Below, one piece after another: positions 1-10,289 of a DNA stretch of 64,000 nt. This DNA comes from an uncultured Verrucomicrobiota bacterium (GTDB taxonomy: Bacteria; Verrucomicrobiota; Kiritimatiellia; PWTM01). The position numbers were made by a program, and so were the translations under genes. The notes under the pieces were generated by a model. It worked only from the letters and a program-made list of their open reading frames with translations, searched no databases and was not told where the DNA came from. The stretch is from NCBI GenBank assembly GCA_964610105.1, contig CAZSUU010000005.1, positions 97,499 to 161,498 on the forward strand, in the 5' to 3' direction. Every line of letters begins with the position of its first letter. The stretch's first letter is position 1.

Positions 1-2324
1 GCGGTCAGCCCCTGAAGATCCTCGACCACGTCCGGATCGGACATCTCGCGCCGGACCTCGTCGTAGATCGGTTTGCGCGTGAGGGCGAAGAAGCCGCCGA
101 GATCGTCGCGGATGTACTTCACCTCGCGCCGGTTCTCCTCGTGCGCGCCCGCCAGCCGCTGCAGCGCCGACACCTCGGCGCGGCCCAGCCGGCCCGTCTC
201 CATGCCCACCGTCCGCGGAAGCATCTGACGCAGGCCGGCCCCCAGGTCCTCCTCGCGGCGCGCCGCCTCGCGCAGGCGGTTGATGAAGTTGCGCGCCGTG
301 AACGTATCCAGCGAGTCGCTCCCCGACTCGATCATGCCGCGCAGGGCCTCGAGGGCGGCCGCCTGCTGCTCCATCGCCTGCTGCAGATCCTCCGACCGGC
401 GGGCGGCGTTCATGGCCGCCTGGCGCATCGCCTGGGCGGCGCTGTTCATCGGCCCGCCGGCGGTCGACTGCATCCGGGCGGCGATCTCCGCCCACTCGCG
501 CAGGGTGGCGGCGGCGACGTCGCGGTTGCGCAGGCCCTCGCGGGCGAGACGGGCCAGATCCTCCGCCAGCCGCTGCACCTGCGCGGCGTTCATCCGCTCG
601 CCGCGCTCGTTCTCCGCCAGCGCCTGCTCCGCCCGCGCGGTCGCGAGGGCGTGGGTGTCCTCCGCGAGGCCGGCGTTGGCATTCAGCAGACGCTCTTCCT
701 CGCGCACCGCCTCCTCGAGCCGAGTCTGCAGATCGCGGAAACGCTCCTGCAGAAGGCGGGCGTGTTCCGCGCGGCTGAGCACGAAGATCCGGTACACGGG
801 CGATTCGGAGGGCGTCCGGTCCGGGAAGTAATCCATCGCCCGGGCGCACACATTCAGGGTGCTCCCCTCGCGAATCCCCAGCGCCACGGGGGAGAACGCC
901 GTCGAGCCCTCCAGACGGGTCCGGTCCGGGGCGCCCGCGGCCGGCGCCCGCGAGCGCACGGCGGGCGCCGCGCCGCCTTCCGCCCGCTCCTCCCACCAGT
1001 CCACCCAGAGACGCTGCACCCCGAAATCGTCCGTCGCGATGACCTTCATCGTCACGGTCTCGTCCTCCAGGATCGCGACCGAGCCGCGCAGGCCTTCGCA
1101 CTGGAGGAGGGGCGGCTCGTCCGACCGTCCCCGCAGCTCCAGCCGGAAGGGCGTGGTGCAGTGCAGGCCATGGGTGTCGGTCCAGCGGAACTCGATCGCC
1201 GCCGCCCGCGGCGGGCCGCCCGTGGCCGGCGCCGGGCCGCCCAACCACTGATCGAGCGGCAGGGCTTCCGTGCGAAAGACGGCGCCGGATACCGCCAGGG
1301 GCCGGACGGTCGCACGGCTGACCTCCGCCGCGGACACCGGCCGGTTCGCCTGCCCCTCGAAGGCGACGGTGGCGCCCTGCAGGATCTGGATCGAGGCGTT
1401 CTCGACGGGCAGCCGGTCCGGCGCGCGTCCCAGGTAGCCGGGCCACTGAACGTCGGCCGCCAGGCGCGCCAGCTCCGGCCTGTACATCGGCCTCAATGAG
1501 AGGTGTCGGGTCGCGTCGCCGGCCCGGACGTTGAGCCGCCCGGCCCGTGTCTGCCCCGGGAACCTGAACACCGCCAGGCCCCCGCGGAACACGGCGCTCA
1601 CCACCGGTTGATCCTCGATGCGCGCCTGGGCGGCCGCCGGTTTCCAGCGCGAGCGGTCCTTCAGCCGGCACGCGATCTCGAACGGTTCGCCGTGCGGCAC
1701 GACCAGCTCCGCGGGCAGCGCGTCGAGGCCGACGAAGGTGTAGCGTTCGAGCGGCGCGAGCGGCCGGAACCACCGCGAGAGCGCGTTGCGCGCCGCCTCC
1801 GGCGCGACCCACACCAGGACCGAAACCCCGCCGAGCGCGGCCGCGGCGGCGAGCGCGAGCCGGCGCGGCCGGCGGGTGTCGACCGCGCGGCGGAAATCGT
1901 AGGCGCGGGTCTCCGCCGCCACCTGCCGGATGGCCGCGCGCCGCAGGGCCGGCGAGACGACCTCCACGTCCGTCCCGTTTCCGGCCAGCTCCACCGCCCC
2001 GAGGAGCCGGTCGCCCATCCGCGGGAAGTGCCGCTGAACCAGCCGCGAGAGCGCACGGGCGTCCCGGCGCGCCCATCCCCAATGCCCCGCCCACCACAGC
2101 AGGACGGCCAGGGGAGCCGCCAGGCCCGCGACCGCGAACAGCAGACGCAGGAGGCGCGGCGTGTCCACCAGCCGGTCGAAGCCGAAGAGCAGCAGATACC
2201 CCGCGAGGAGCCCCGCCACGCCCGCGCCCGCCGCGGCGACGGTCTCCATCCCGCGCAGCCGCCCCTCGAACGTGCGCAGCTGCTGCTTCAGTTCGTCCGG
2301 AAGCTCTGGGGGCCACCTGTTCAC
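1..2324 (-). CDS. Large membrane-anchored, coiled-coil-rich protein of MoxR/BatA clusters (3' end runs off the window)
   Basis: Open frame from GTG 2324 (VNRWPPELPDELKQQLRTFEGRLRGMET...LLFGFDRLVDTP) to the window edge; N-terminal TM helices then helical Glu/Arg/Ala-rich region; last gene of the MoxR operon. Absent from the ORF track because it has no stop in the window. Confidence 0.75.
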   Translation of the reverse strand, partial: MNRWPPELPDELKQQLRTFEGRLRGMETVAAAGAGVAGLLAGYLLLFGFDRLVDTPRLLRLLFAVAGLAAPLAVLLWWAGHWGWARRDARALSRLVQRHFPRMGDRLLGAVELAGNGTDVEVVSPALRRAAIRQVAAETRAYDFRRAVDTRRPRRLALAAAAALGGVSVLVWVAPEAARNALSRWFRPLAPLERYTFVGLDALPAELVVPHGEPFEIACRLKDRSRWKPAAAQARIEDQPVVSAVFRGGLAVFRFPGQTRAGRLNVRAGDATRHLSLRPMYRPELARLAADVQWPGYLGRAPDRLPVENASIQILQGATVAFEGQANRPVSAAEVSRATVRPLAVSGAVFRTEALPLDQWLGGPAPATGGPPRAAAIEFRWTDTHGLHCTTPFRLELRGRSDEPPLLQCEGLRGSVAILEDETVTMKVIATDDFGVQRLWVDWWEERAEGGAAPAVRSRAPAAGAPDRTRLEGSTAFSPVALGIREGSTLNVCARAMDYFPDRTPSESPVYRIFVLSRAEHARLLQERFRDLQTRLEEAVREEERLLNANAGLAEDTHALATARAEQALAENERGERMNAAQVQRLAEDLARLAREGLRNRDVAAATLREWAEIAARMQSTAGGPMNSAAQAMRQAAMNAARRSEDLQQAMEQQAAALEALRGMIESGSDSLDTFTARNFINRLREAARREEDLGAGLRQMLPRTVGMETGRLGRAEVSALQRLAGAHEENRREVKYIRDDLGGFFALTRKPIYDEVRREMSDPDVVEDLQGLT

Positions 2325-2411
2325 GTATTCGCGCCATTCACCCGCGTCACCGCGCGGGCAGCGAACGGCCCATTCCCGGTTGCATTCTCCACCCTCGTTC
2401 CGAGTTGTCCA

Positions 2412-4616
2412 TCATATCTGTCCCTGCCATTTCCGCGCCACCCAGTAGGCGGCGAGCAGACCGACGACGAGCGCGGCCCACAGGGGGTGACACCAGAGGC
2501 GGAATCGCCGCTCCTCGGGCCTCCGGTCCGGCAGCACCCGCACCGCCTCGATCAGCCGGTCGAGGTCCGGCGTCCCGACGCAGAGGCCGCCGGTGATGTT
2601 CGCCACCTCGCGCAGGACCTCGGCGCGCGCGGGGCGGCCGATCTGCTCGCGCCGCGGCTGATGGACGGGGATCGCGGCCGTCACGCGCCGGCCGGTGTCG
2701 AGGCACACGGCCTCCGCCGCGTATTCGCCCCCCTCCGTCGCGACGAACGATCCTCCGCTGACGCCCCACCCGCCGGGGTCCGGGAGCAGGTCGACGATCT
2801 GCGACGCGCCGCCGGGCGTCCGCAGATGGACCTGCACGCGGGCTTGGTCGATCGGCGCCCCGCCGGCGTCGAACGCCGTGGCGTGGAGGAACACGCGATC
2901 GCCGCGGTTCGGCGCCTCGGGCACGAAGAAGAAGCGTATGCCCTCGGTGTGCGCGAGATGGCGCTGGTGGGCCATCCAGCGGACGACCTGGCCCCAGAAG
3001 CGGTAGTGGTAGAAGTCCTCCACCCCGCGGCGCCAGCGCCAGGCGCTGTCGGTGCCCATGAACAGGACCTTGCCGTTGCCCGCCGCGCGCGTAACCAGCA
3101 GGGGGATGCGCCCCGACACGTTCCGCGCGTCGGAGTGAACCGCCAGCACATCGCCGCCCGGCTTGGCGCGCACCACGGGCGCATACCAGAAGAAGCCGGG
3201 CAGGCCACGCCAGACCGACTCGTTCTCCTCGGCCGTGCCGGCCAGCAGGGTCAGGAGGTGGCCCCGGCCCCGCGTCGTCAGCGCCAGCCGCGATTCGAGC
3301 GAGAAACCGAACCCGCCCGGGGCGCTCTCGTCCAGGACCACCGGCATCAGATCGGCGAGCGGCGACGTCCGCAGGCTGGACTGGCGCCCCATCGGCCCCG
3401 GCAGGAACACCAACCCGCTCGCCTGCTGCTCGACGAGGCCCCGGATCTGCCGGACCTGCTCCTCGGTCAGGCCTTCCGGCCCCATGCCGACATCGCCGAG
3501 GAACACGACGTCGTACTTCGACAGCGCGTCGCGGGTCCCCGGGAACGCGGAGAGGTAGAACCGTCCACCGCCCGGCCCGAGGCCTGGATGCAGAAGCAGG
3601 CAGTCCACGTCCGCGCCCGGATCGCGCACCAGCGCGTTGCGCAGGTAGCGGTACTCCCAGCGGGGCGCGCTGTCGATGAGCAGCACCTTGAGCACCTCCC
3701 GGCGGACGGCGATGTGGAACGCGCGTTCGTTGTTGTCGCGCCGGATCTCTTCGGGATCCGCGGGAAGCCGGAGCTTGAGCGCCTGGTCGCCCTCGGCGGA
3801 CGGCACCCAGACCACGCTGGCCTGCGCCTGCGCCATGGGGGGGACGACGATCTCCCTGCGCGCGACCACGCCCGCCCCGCCCTCCAGCTCGACGGTGGCG
3901 CGGATCTCGCGCGGGATGCGGCTCTGGACGGTGAACGGGAGGTTGATCTGCTCGTCGACCAGCCCGTAGGCCGGCACCGCCACCGCCTGGAGTTCCAGGT
4001 CCGGCAGATGCTTCTCGCTGCCCACGGCCACGCAGAACACCGGCGCCTCGCGGGCGCGCAGGCGTGTCGCCGCGCCCACGGGCGAGAGCCCCTCGTTCCA
4101 GTCGCCGTCGGTCAGCAGCACGACGGCGCGCAGATTGCCGTGCAGGGTGACGGCCCGGTCAAGGGCCGCATTGATGTCGGTGCCCGGATCCGGCGAGGCC
4201 CCCTCCTCCTGGGGCGGGGCCGCGAAATCGGCCGTCTGGACCTCGTAGAGGGATTCGAGGGGGGTCCAGAAACGGCGGGCTTGCTGTTCCGCCAGCCACG
4301 CCTCGCGGGCAAGGACGCCGGCCACCCCCCCGGTGGCCACCGCCACGTCCTTCGTCGCCATGCTCCCCGAACGATCGGCGAGCACGACAATGCCGGGCTT
4401 CCGCTCCCGCTTCACGACGTGGACGCGCTCGGGCCGGAGGAGGGTCAGAGCGAAGGCGGCCACGGCGGCCACCCGAAGCGCGTCGGTCCACCGGATGCCG
4501 CGACGGACGCGGTCGCGACGGACCTGGCGGACGGCCAGCGTGACGGCCAGCAGCAGGGCCGCCGCCACGGCCGCCAGGCGCCACGACGCCAGATCGAATG
4601 ACCAGAAGCCTTCCAT
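2412..4616 (-). CDS. vWA domain + glutamine-amidotransferase-like (DUF1355-type) membrane protein
   Basis: vWA MIDAS-like 'LADRSGSM', 'LLTDG'; 'VLLIDSAPRWEYRYLRNAL', 'YDVVFLGD', 'TDSAWRWR'; terminal TM helices. Confidence 0.8.
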   Translation of the reverse strand: MEGFWSFDLASWRLAAVAAALLLAVTLAVRQVRRDRVRRGIRWTDALRVAAVAAFALTLLRPERVHVVKRERKPGIVVLADRSGSMATKDVAVATGGVAGVLAREAWLAEQQARRFWTPLESLYEVQTADFAAPPQEEGASPDPGTDINAALDRAVTLHGNLRAVVLLTDGDWNEGLSPVGAATRLRAREAPVFCVAVGSEKHLPDLELQAVAVPAYGLVDEQINLPFTVQSRIPREIRATVELEGGAGVVARREIVVPPMAQAQASVVWVPSAEGDQALKLRLPADPEEIRRDNNERAFHIAVRREVLKVLLIDSAPRWEYRYLRNALVRDPGADVDCLLLHPGLGPGGGRFYLSAFPGTRDALSKYDVVFLGDVGMGPEGLTEEQVRQIRGLVEQQASGLVFLPGPMGRQSSLRTSPLADLMPVVLDESAPGGFGFSLESRLALTTRGRGHLLTLLAGTAEENESVWRGLPGFFWYAPVVRAKPGGDVLAVHSDARNVSGRIPLLVTRAAGNGKVLFMGTDSAWRWRRGVEDFYHYRFWGQVVRWMAHQRHLAHTEGIRFFFVPEAPNRGDRVFLHATAFDAGGAPIDQARVQVHLRTPGGASQIVDLLPDPGGWGVSGGSFVATEGGEYAAEAVCLDTGRRVTAAIPVHQPRREQIGRPARAEVLREVANITGGLCVGTPDLDRLIEAVRVLPDRRPEERRFRLWCHPLWAALVVGLLAAYWVARKWQGQI

Positions 4617-4885
4617 CGCTCATCCGCCCGGGATCACCGACTCGCGCCCCGCCGCGCTCACGCCACACTTTGAAAAGGGTGCCGCGGCCCGCATGTCGCG
4701 TCGCGGCCGGGCAGTCCGGAATGTGCTTTGCGGAGTGCGACGATTCGTCATCGCCACACCTCCAGGTCGGTCACCCGGAAGCGCACACTCAGATGGACAC
4801 ACTTTGAAAAGTGTGACGCGGCCATATGCCGGAGACCGGCGGCGAAGAAGCCGCACCGGGTCGGCGCGGCGCGCGTGGCCGAGGA

Positions 4886-6892
4886 TCATGGCCCCGTTCC
4901 TCCCGCGGCGGCCGTCCGGGCGGGCACCGTTTCAGCCAGGATCAGCAGCGATTCCGCGGCCAGGAACAGGAGCCCGAGCACGATCATCGCGGGCCAGATC
5001 TCGGTCGGCATCGGCGTCTTCCCCCCGGCCAGAACGTCGGAGACCGTCACATCCACTCCCGGGAACAGGCGGCGAATCCGCGCCGCATCCACCGTCTCCG
5101 GATCGTCCTCCGCGGGCGGGCGGTTCAGGGCGACCATGCGGGCGCCGGACCGATACACCCCCGCCCGCGTGAGCGGATCGGCGGTCTCGCCGCCGCCGAC
5201 CGGGGCCCAGATCTCGCCGACCGATCCCGGCCGCCACTCGCCGCACCACGCGAGTTCCACGCCCGCGAGCCGCCGGGCGCCCTGCGCCAGCAATCGCTGG
5301 ATCATCGGCACCAGGATCCAGCCCTCGTGGAGGTTGGAATCCGCGGGGTCCGGCAGCGCGGCGACGGCATACATCCAGCCGCGCCCGACCGGGCGACGCG
5401 TCAGGAAGGGCCTGCCGTCGACGAAGGCGGCGAGCGCCGTCCACCGACCGCCCTCGGGGCTGTCGCCGGACGCCGTGGGCACGACCCTCCGCGTCACGGC
5501 GAGTTCAGGGACAGGCAGGTGGCGGCCGTCCGCCGTGTCGGCCAGCGGGCCTTCGCGTTCCTCCCACGAGGCCACCCGGAAGGGGCGCTCCGGCGGGGCG
5601 GGTTCGGCCGCCGACCAGGCAAGGCCCCACGCCGGGTTGCCGCCGTCCCCCGACGGCGGCAGCAGCAGAACGGATCCGCCGTCGCCGGCGAAGCGCTCCA
5701 GCGCCGCCGCCGCCTCGCCGGCCGGCAGGGCCCCCTGCCATGCGACCATCGCATGCGCGCCCAGCGGCGGGAGGGTCGTCGTGGGGGTGTGGAGCTCGCC
5801 CACGCCCGGCAGGGCGGCGGAGGGGGCGACGGCCAGCTGCAGAACGCGGCCGATCGCGGAGGATTCGGCGAAGACCGCGGCGCGAAGCTCGGCGGCGCCG
5901 CCGTAGACCAGGTACACCTCGTTGTCGCGCGCGTTCTCGTCGGCCGGAAGGGAGAACATCCCCCAGCCCTGGGAAACCTCGTCCTCGGCGACGTCCAGGG
6001 TTCGGGTGAAGTCCACGCGGGAGGCCCGTCGTTCGAATTCGTAGGTCGCCCGGCGGCCGTTGATCACCTCCGCCAGCGGCACATCGGCGCCCGCGGCGGC
6101 CGGTCCGAGGCACGTGAGCGCCGCCTGCACCCGCGGCCGGCCCGCCGCGCGGACGACCTGGACGTCGCGCAGCGAGAGCGAGCAATTGCGCGCGGCCGCG
6201 CCGCCCAGGCCGAGGACGCGGATCCGGATCTTCTGCGGAAGGGCGGCGAAGCGGCTCGCGAGGGCGCTCCACTCGCCCGCCGAGGGTTTCCAGTTGGATT
6301 CCTGGAGATCCGACGCCACCCAGATCTCGGGGCGCCCGGGTTGGTGGCGCTGCAGGTGGTCGGCCGCGGCGCGGAAGAGCGCCGGCCAGTCGGCGGCCGT
6401 GTCCGACGGCCCGGCGGAGGCCATGGCGGCGAGGGCCTCCAGCGACGCGACCTCCTGCGGCGCGACGCGGGCGCTGTCGATGAGGACATACCGGGTCGTG
6501 CGGCCGACGGTGCGCGCGGCCTCGGCGAGCATCCGGAGCGCCATCTGCCGGCGGCTGGCCTGCTGGCGGGGGTCGGTGGCCTCCATGCTCGCCGACCGGT
6601 CGAGCAGCACGATCACCATCTCCGGCGAGCCCCCCAGTACCGTTCCCAGCCAGCCGCCGGTGAGCGGACGGCAGAGCGCCCACGCGAAGAGCAGCACGGC
6701 CATGGTGCGGCAGAACAGGATCAGGTAATGGCGCAGCCTGGCGTTGCGCGTGGAGCTGCGCGCGGCCTTGATGAGGAAGAGCATGGCCGCCCATTTCACC
6801 GACCGGTACCGCAGGCGGTTGAGCAGGTGGATCAGGACGGGGATGGATGCCGCCGCCAGCCCCCAGAGCATCACCGGTTGAAGCAGGGTCAT
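4886..6892 (-). CDS. BatA N-terminal double-TM domain + vWA protein
   Basis: 'MTLLQPVMLWGLAAASIPVLIHLLNRLRYRSVKWAAMLFL' BatA motif; 'LLDRSASM'; ATG overlaps DUF58 stop (ATGA). Confidence 0.85.
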   Translation of the reverse strand: MTLLQPVMLWGLAAASIPVLIHLLNRLRYRSVKWAAMLFLIKAARSSTRNARLRHYLILFCRTMAVLLFAWALCRPLTGGWLGTVLGGSPEMVIVLLDRSASMEATDPRQQASRRQMALRMLAEAARTVGRTTRYVLIDSARVAPQEVASLEALAAMASAGPSDTAADWPALFRAAADHLQRHQPGRPEIWVASDLQESNWKPSAGEWSALASRFAALPQKIRIRVLGLGGAAARNCSLSLRDVQVVRAAGRPRVQAALTCLGPAAAGADVPLAEVINGRRATYEFERRASRVDFTRTLDVAEDEVSQGWGMFSLPADENARDNEVYLVYGGAAELRAAVFAESSAIGRVLQLAVAPSAALPGVGELHTPTTTLPPLGAHAMVAWQGALPAGEAAAALERFAGDGGSVLLLPPSGDGGNPAWGLAWSAAEPAPPERPFRVASWEEREGPLADTADGRHLPVPELAVTRRVVPTASGDSPEGGRWTALAAFVDGRPFLTRRPVGRGWMYAVAALPDPADSNLHEGWILVPMIQRLLAQGARRLAGVELAWCGEWRPGSVGEIWAPVGGGETADPLTRAGVYRSGARMVALNRPPAEDDPETVDAARIRRLFPGVDVTVSDVLAGGKTPMPTEIWPAMIVLGLLFLAAESLLILAETVPARTAAAGGTGP

Positions 6893-7809
6893 GCCCGGCC
6901 TCCCGGACCCTGACGCCGACGCATGCGCGGCAGGAGAAACGCGGCGAGCACCTTCTCGTAGTCCTGGTCGGTGGTCACCCGCTGGTAGTCGACGCCGAAC
7001 TCGCGGCATCCGCGTTGCAGGCCGCCCAGCCAGCCGTCCAGCTCCCGCCGGTAGTCGGAGGCGATGACGGCGGGATCGGTGACGAGCTGAAAGGGCGATT
7101 CAAGGTCCACGAAGCGGATTGGCCGGTCGAACTCGAACGCCATCTCCTCGTCGTCCAGCAGGTGGAAGGCCGCGACGTCGTGCCGCTGGAACCGGAGGTG
7201 GCGGAAGGCGCGCATCAGCGGCTCGACCTCGGCGAACAGATCGGAGAAGACCAGCACCAGCGCGCGGCGCCGCAGCCGGTCGGCCAGGCCGTGCAGCGCG
7301 GTCACCAGATCCGCCTGTCCGTGCGGCTTCAGGCCGGCGAGCTCATCGAACAGGACCTTGAGGTGCGCGGGCGAGCGGCGCGGCGGGATCTCGCGGGCGT
7401 CCTTCGCCCCGACGCAGAGCAATCCGATGGCGTCGCCCTGGTGGGCCAGGAGGTAGGCCAGCGTGGCGGCGAGGCGCCGCGCGTACGCCAGGCGCGATCC
7501 GTGCCGGCCCGCGAAGGCCATGGACCCGCTGGTGTCGAACACGAGCATGCAGCGCAGGTTGGTGTCCGCCTCGAACTCCTTCATGTAGAACCGGTCCGTG
7601 CGGGCGTACACGCGCCAGTCCACGTGCCGCACGTCGTCGCCGGGCACGTACTTGCGGTACTCCGCGAACTCGACGCTGGAGCCGCGCGTGGCGCTGCGGT
7701 GGATGCCGGTCACGGTCCCCAGCATCGGCGCGCGGGCGTTGACCGACAGCCGGGACAGCCGGGCGAGCACCGCGGAATCGAGGAACTCGCGATGGGGAGG
7801 GGCGGGCAA
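6889..7809 (-). CDS. DUF58 domain protein (MoxR partner)
   Basis: 'GSSVEFAEYRKYVPGDDVRHVDWRVYAR', 'FDTSGSM'. Confidence 0.92.
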   Translation of the reverse strand: MPAPPHREFLDSAVLARLSRLSVNARAPMLGTVTGIHRSATRGSSVEFAEYRKYVPGDDVRHVDWRVYARTDRFYMKEFEADTNLRCMLVFDTSGSMAFAGRHGSRLAYARRLAATLAYLLAHQGDAIGLLCVGAKDAREIPPRRSPAHLKVLFDELAGLKPHGQADLVTALHGLADRLRRRALVLVFSDLFAEVEPLMRAFRHLRFQRHDVAAFHLLDDEEMAFEFDRPIRFVDLESPFQLVTDPAVIASDYRRELDGWLGGLQRGCREFGVDYQRVTTDQDYEKVLAAFLLPRMRRRQGPGGRA

Positions 7810-7812
7810 GGG

Positions 7813-8850
<1,038 letters not shown>

Positions 8851-9186
8851 AGGTGACGCTTCCTTTCCCGGGTCTTTCGGTTGCGTGCGAACGTATCGCA
8901 CCCACACCCTTACATCAAACGCTTTATACCCCACCCTTCTTCAGGGGATGACGAAGAACAGGACACGACGGAGTGGACCGGCGTTCAATGCCGCGGCGCC
9001 CAAAAGCGGCAGGCGCGCCCTTGCCGCTCCGTCGGATCCGCCGCGACCCGCCGGGTGCGTGTCCGCGACTCAACCGCGATGGGAGCACCGGAGGATGGCG
9101 TGCGCACGTCTCCCGGGTGTTTGGCCGCGTCAAGCGGCGAGATCAGGAAGCCCGCGCGCGTTCGGATGTGCCGCGAATCGCCCCCC

Positions 9187-10104
9187 TCACCGCCGCGCGG
9201 TGGGCGCCGTGTCGGCGAGCGCGACCACGAGGGCCCCGATGTGCTCGGGCGTCGTGCCGCAGCAGCCGCCGACCACGCTGACGCCGTAACGCGTAACGAA
9301 CGCGCGCAGGTGGCGGGCGAAATCGCCGGGGGAAAGGCGGTACACCGTCCGGCCCTCGCGCACCTCGGGCAGGCCGGCGTTCGGAAGGCAGGAGATGCGC
9401 CCCGGCCAGTGGTGCGACAGGTATCGCACGTGCGACTCCATCGCCTCGGGACCGGTGGCGCAGTTCAGGCCCAGCGAAAACAGCGGAAAGGGCTCCAGCG
9501 TCGCGCACACCGCCCCGATGTCCGACCCGACCAGCAGCGTCCCCGTCTGCTCGATCGTCACCGAGACCATCAGCGGCACCTCCCGCCGCAGCTCGCGCAT
9601 CGCGCCGAGCGCCGCGATGACGGCGGTCTTCACCTGCAGCAGGTCCTGGCAGGTCTCGACGATCAGCGCGTCCACGCCCGCGTCCAGGAGCGCCCGCATC
9701 TGTTCGTGGTAGCTCGCCCCCAGCGCGTCCACCGTCGTGTGACCGAGCGAGACCAGCTTGGTCGTCGGACCCACCGACCCGGCCACCCACCGGCCCGGCC
9801 GGCCCGCGATGGCCTTCCGCGCGCGGGCGACCGCGGCGGCGTTGATCTCGGCCACCCGCCCCTCCAGACCGTACTCCGCGAGGACGATCGAGTTGGCTCC
9901 GAAGGTGTTGGTCTCGAGCACGCGGGCGCCGGCATCGACGAACGAGCGGTGCAGGTCCTCGACGACATCCGGCGCGGCGACATTGAGCCACTCGTTGCAA
10001 CCCTCCCGGCCCGCCCAGGCCGACGCGGGGATGCTCATGCGCTGCAGGTTCGTTCCGCAAGCGCCGTCGAGAACGAGGAGGGGCTCGTTGGCAAAATCGC
10101 TCAT
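9187..10104 (-). CDS. Homocysteine S-methyltransferase family protein (stand-alone Hcy-binding module of MetH)
   Basis: 'LDGACGT', 'ETNTFGAN', 'GLNCATGP', 'PNAGLP', Zn-binding 'GGCCGTTPEHI'; ends after about 305 aa. Confidence 0.88.
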   Translation of the reverse strand: MSDFANEPLLVLDGACGTNLQRMSIPASAWAGREGCNEWLNVAAPDVVEDLHRSFVDAGARVLETNTFGANSIVLAEYGLEGRVAEINAAAVARARKAIAGRPGRWVAGSVGPTTKLVSLGHTTVDALGASYHEQMRALLDAGVDALIVETCQDLLQVKTAVIAALGAMRELRREVPLMVSVTIEQTGTLLVGSDIGAVCATLEPFPLFSLGLNCATGPEAMESHVRYLSHHWPGRISCLPNAGLPEVREGRTVYRLSPGDFARHLRAFVTRYGVSVVGGCCGTTPEHIGALVVALADTAPTARR

Positions 10105-10289
10105 GCGGCGCAGCGTACCGCAGCCCGGACGCGTTGGCGAGCGCCCGGTCCGGCCGCGAGGCCGAGGAAATCCGAAGGAAACCGGAATGCCGAACGGGGG
10201 AATCCGCTGTTGGCGTTTGGGATCGAGACTTGAGGATTGCGACCGGGATGGGGGTTGCCGAGGCGTGCCCAACGTCCGGCAAGGCGCCA

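Noticed and set aside
8851-9186. Continuation of metH or a riboswitch downstream of the Hcy-methyltransferase
   Set aside because: No pterin-binding motifs in any frame and no recognisable SAM or cobalamin riboswitch consensus.
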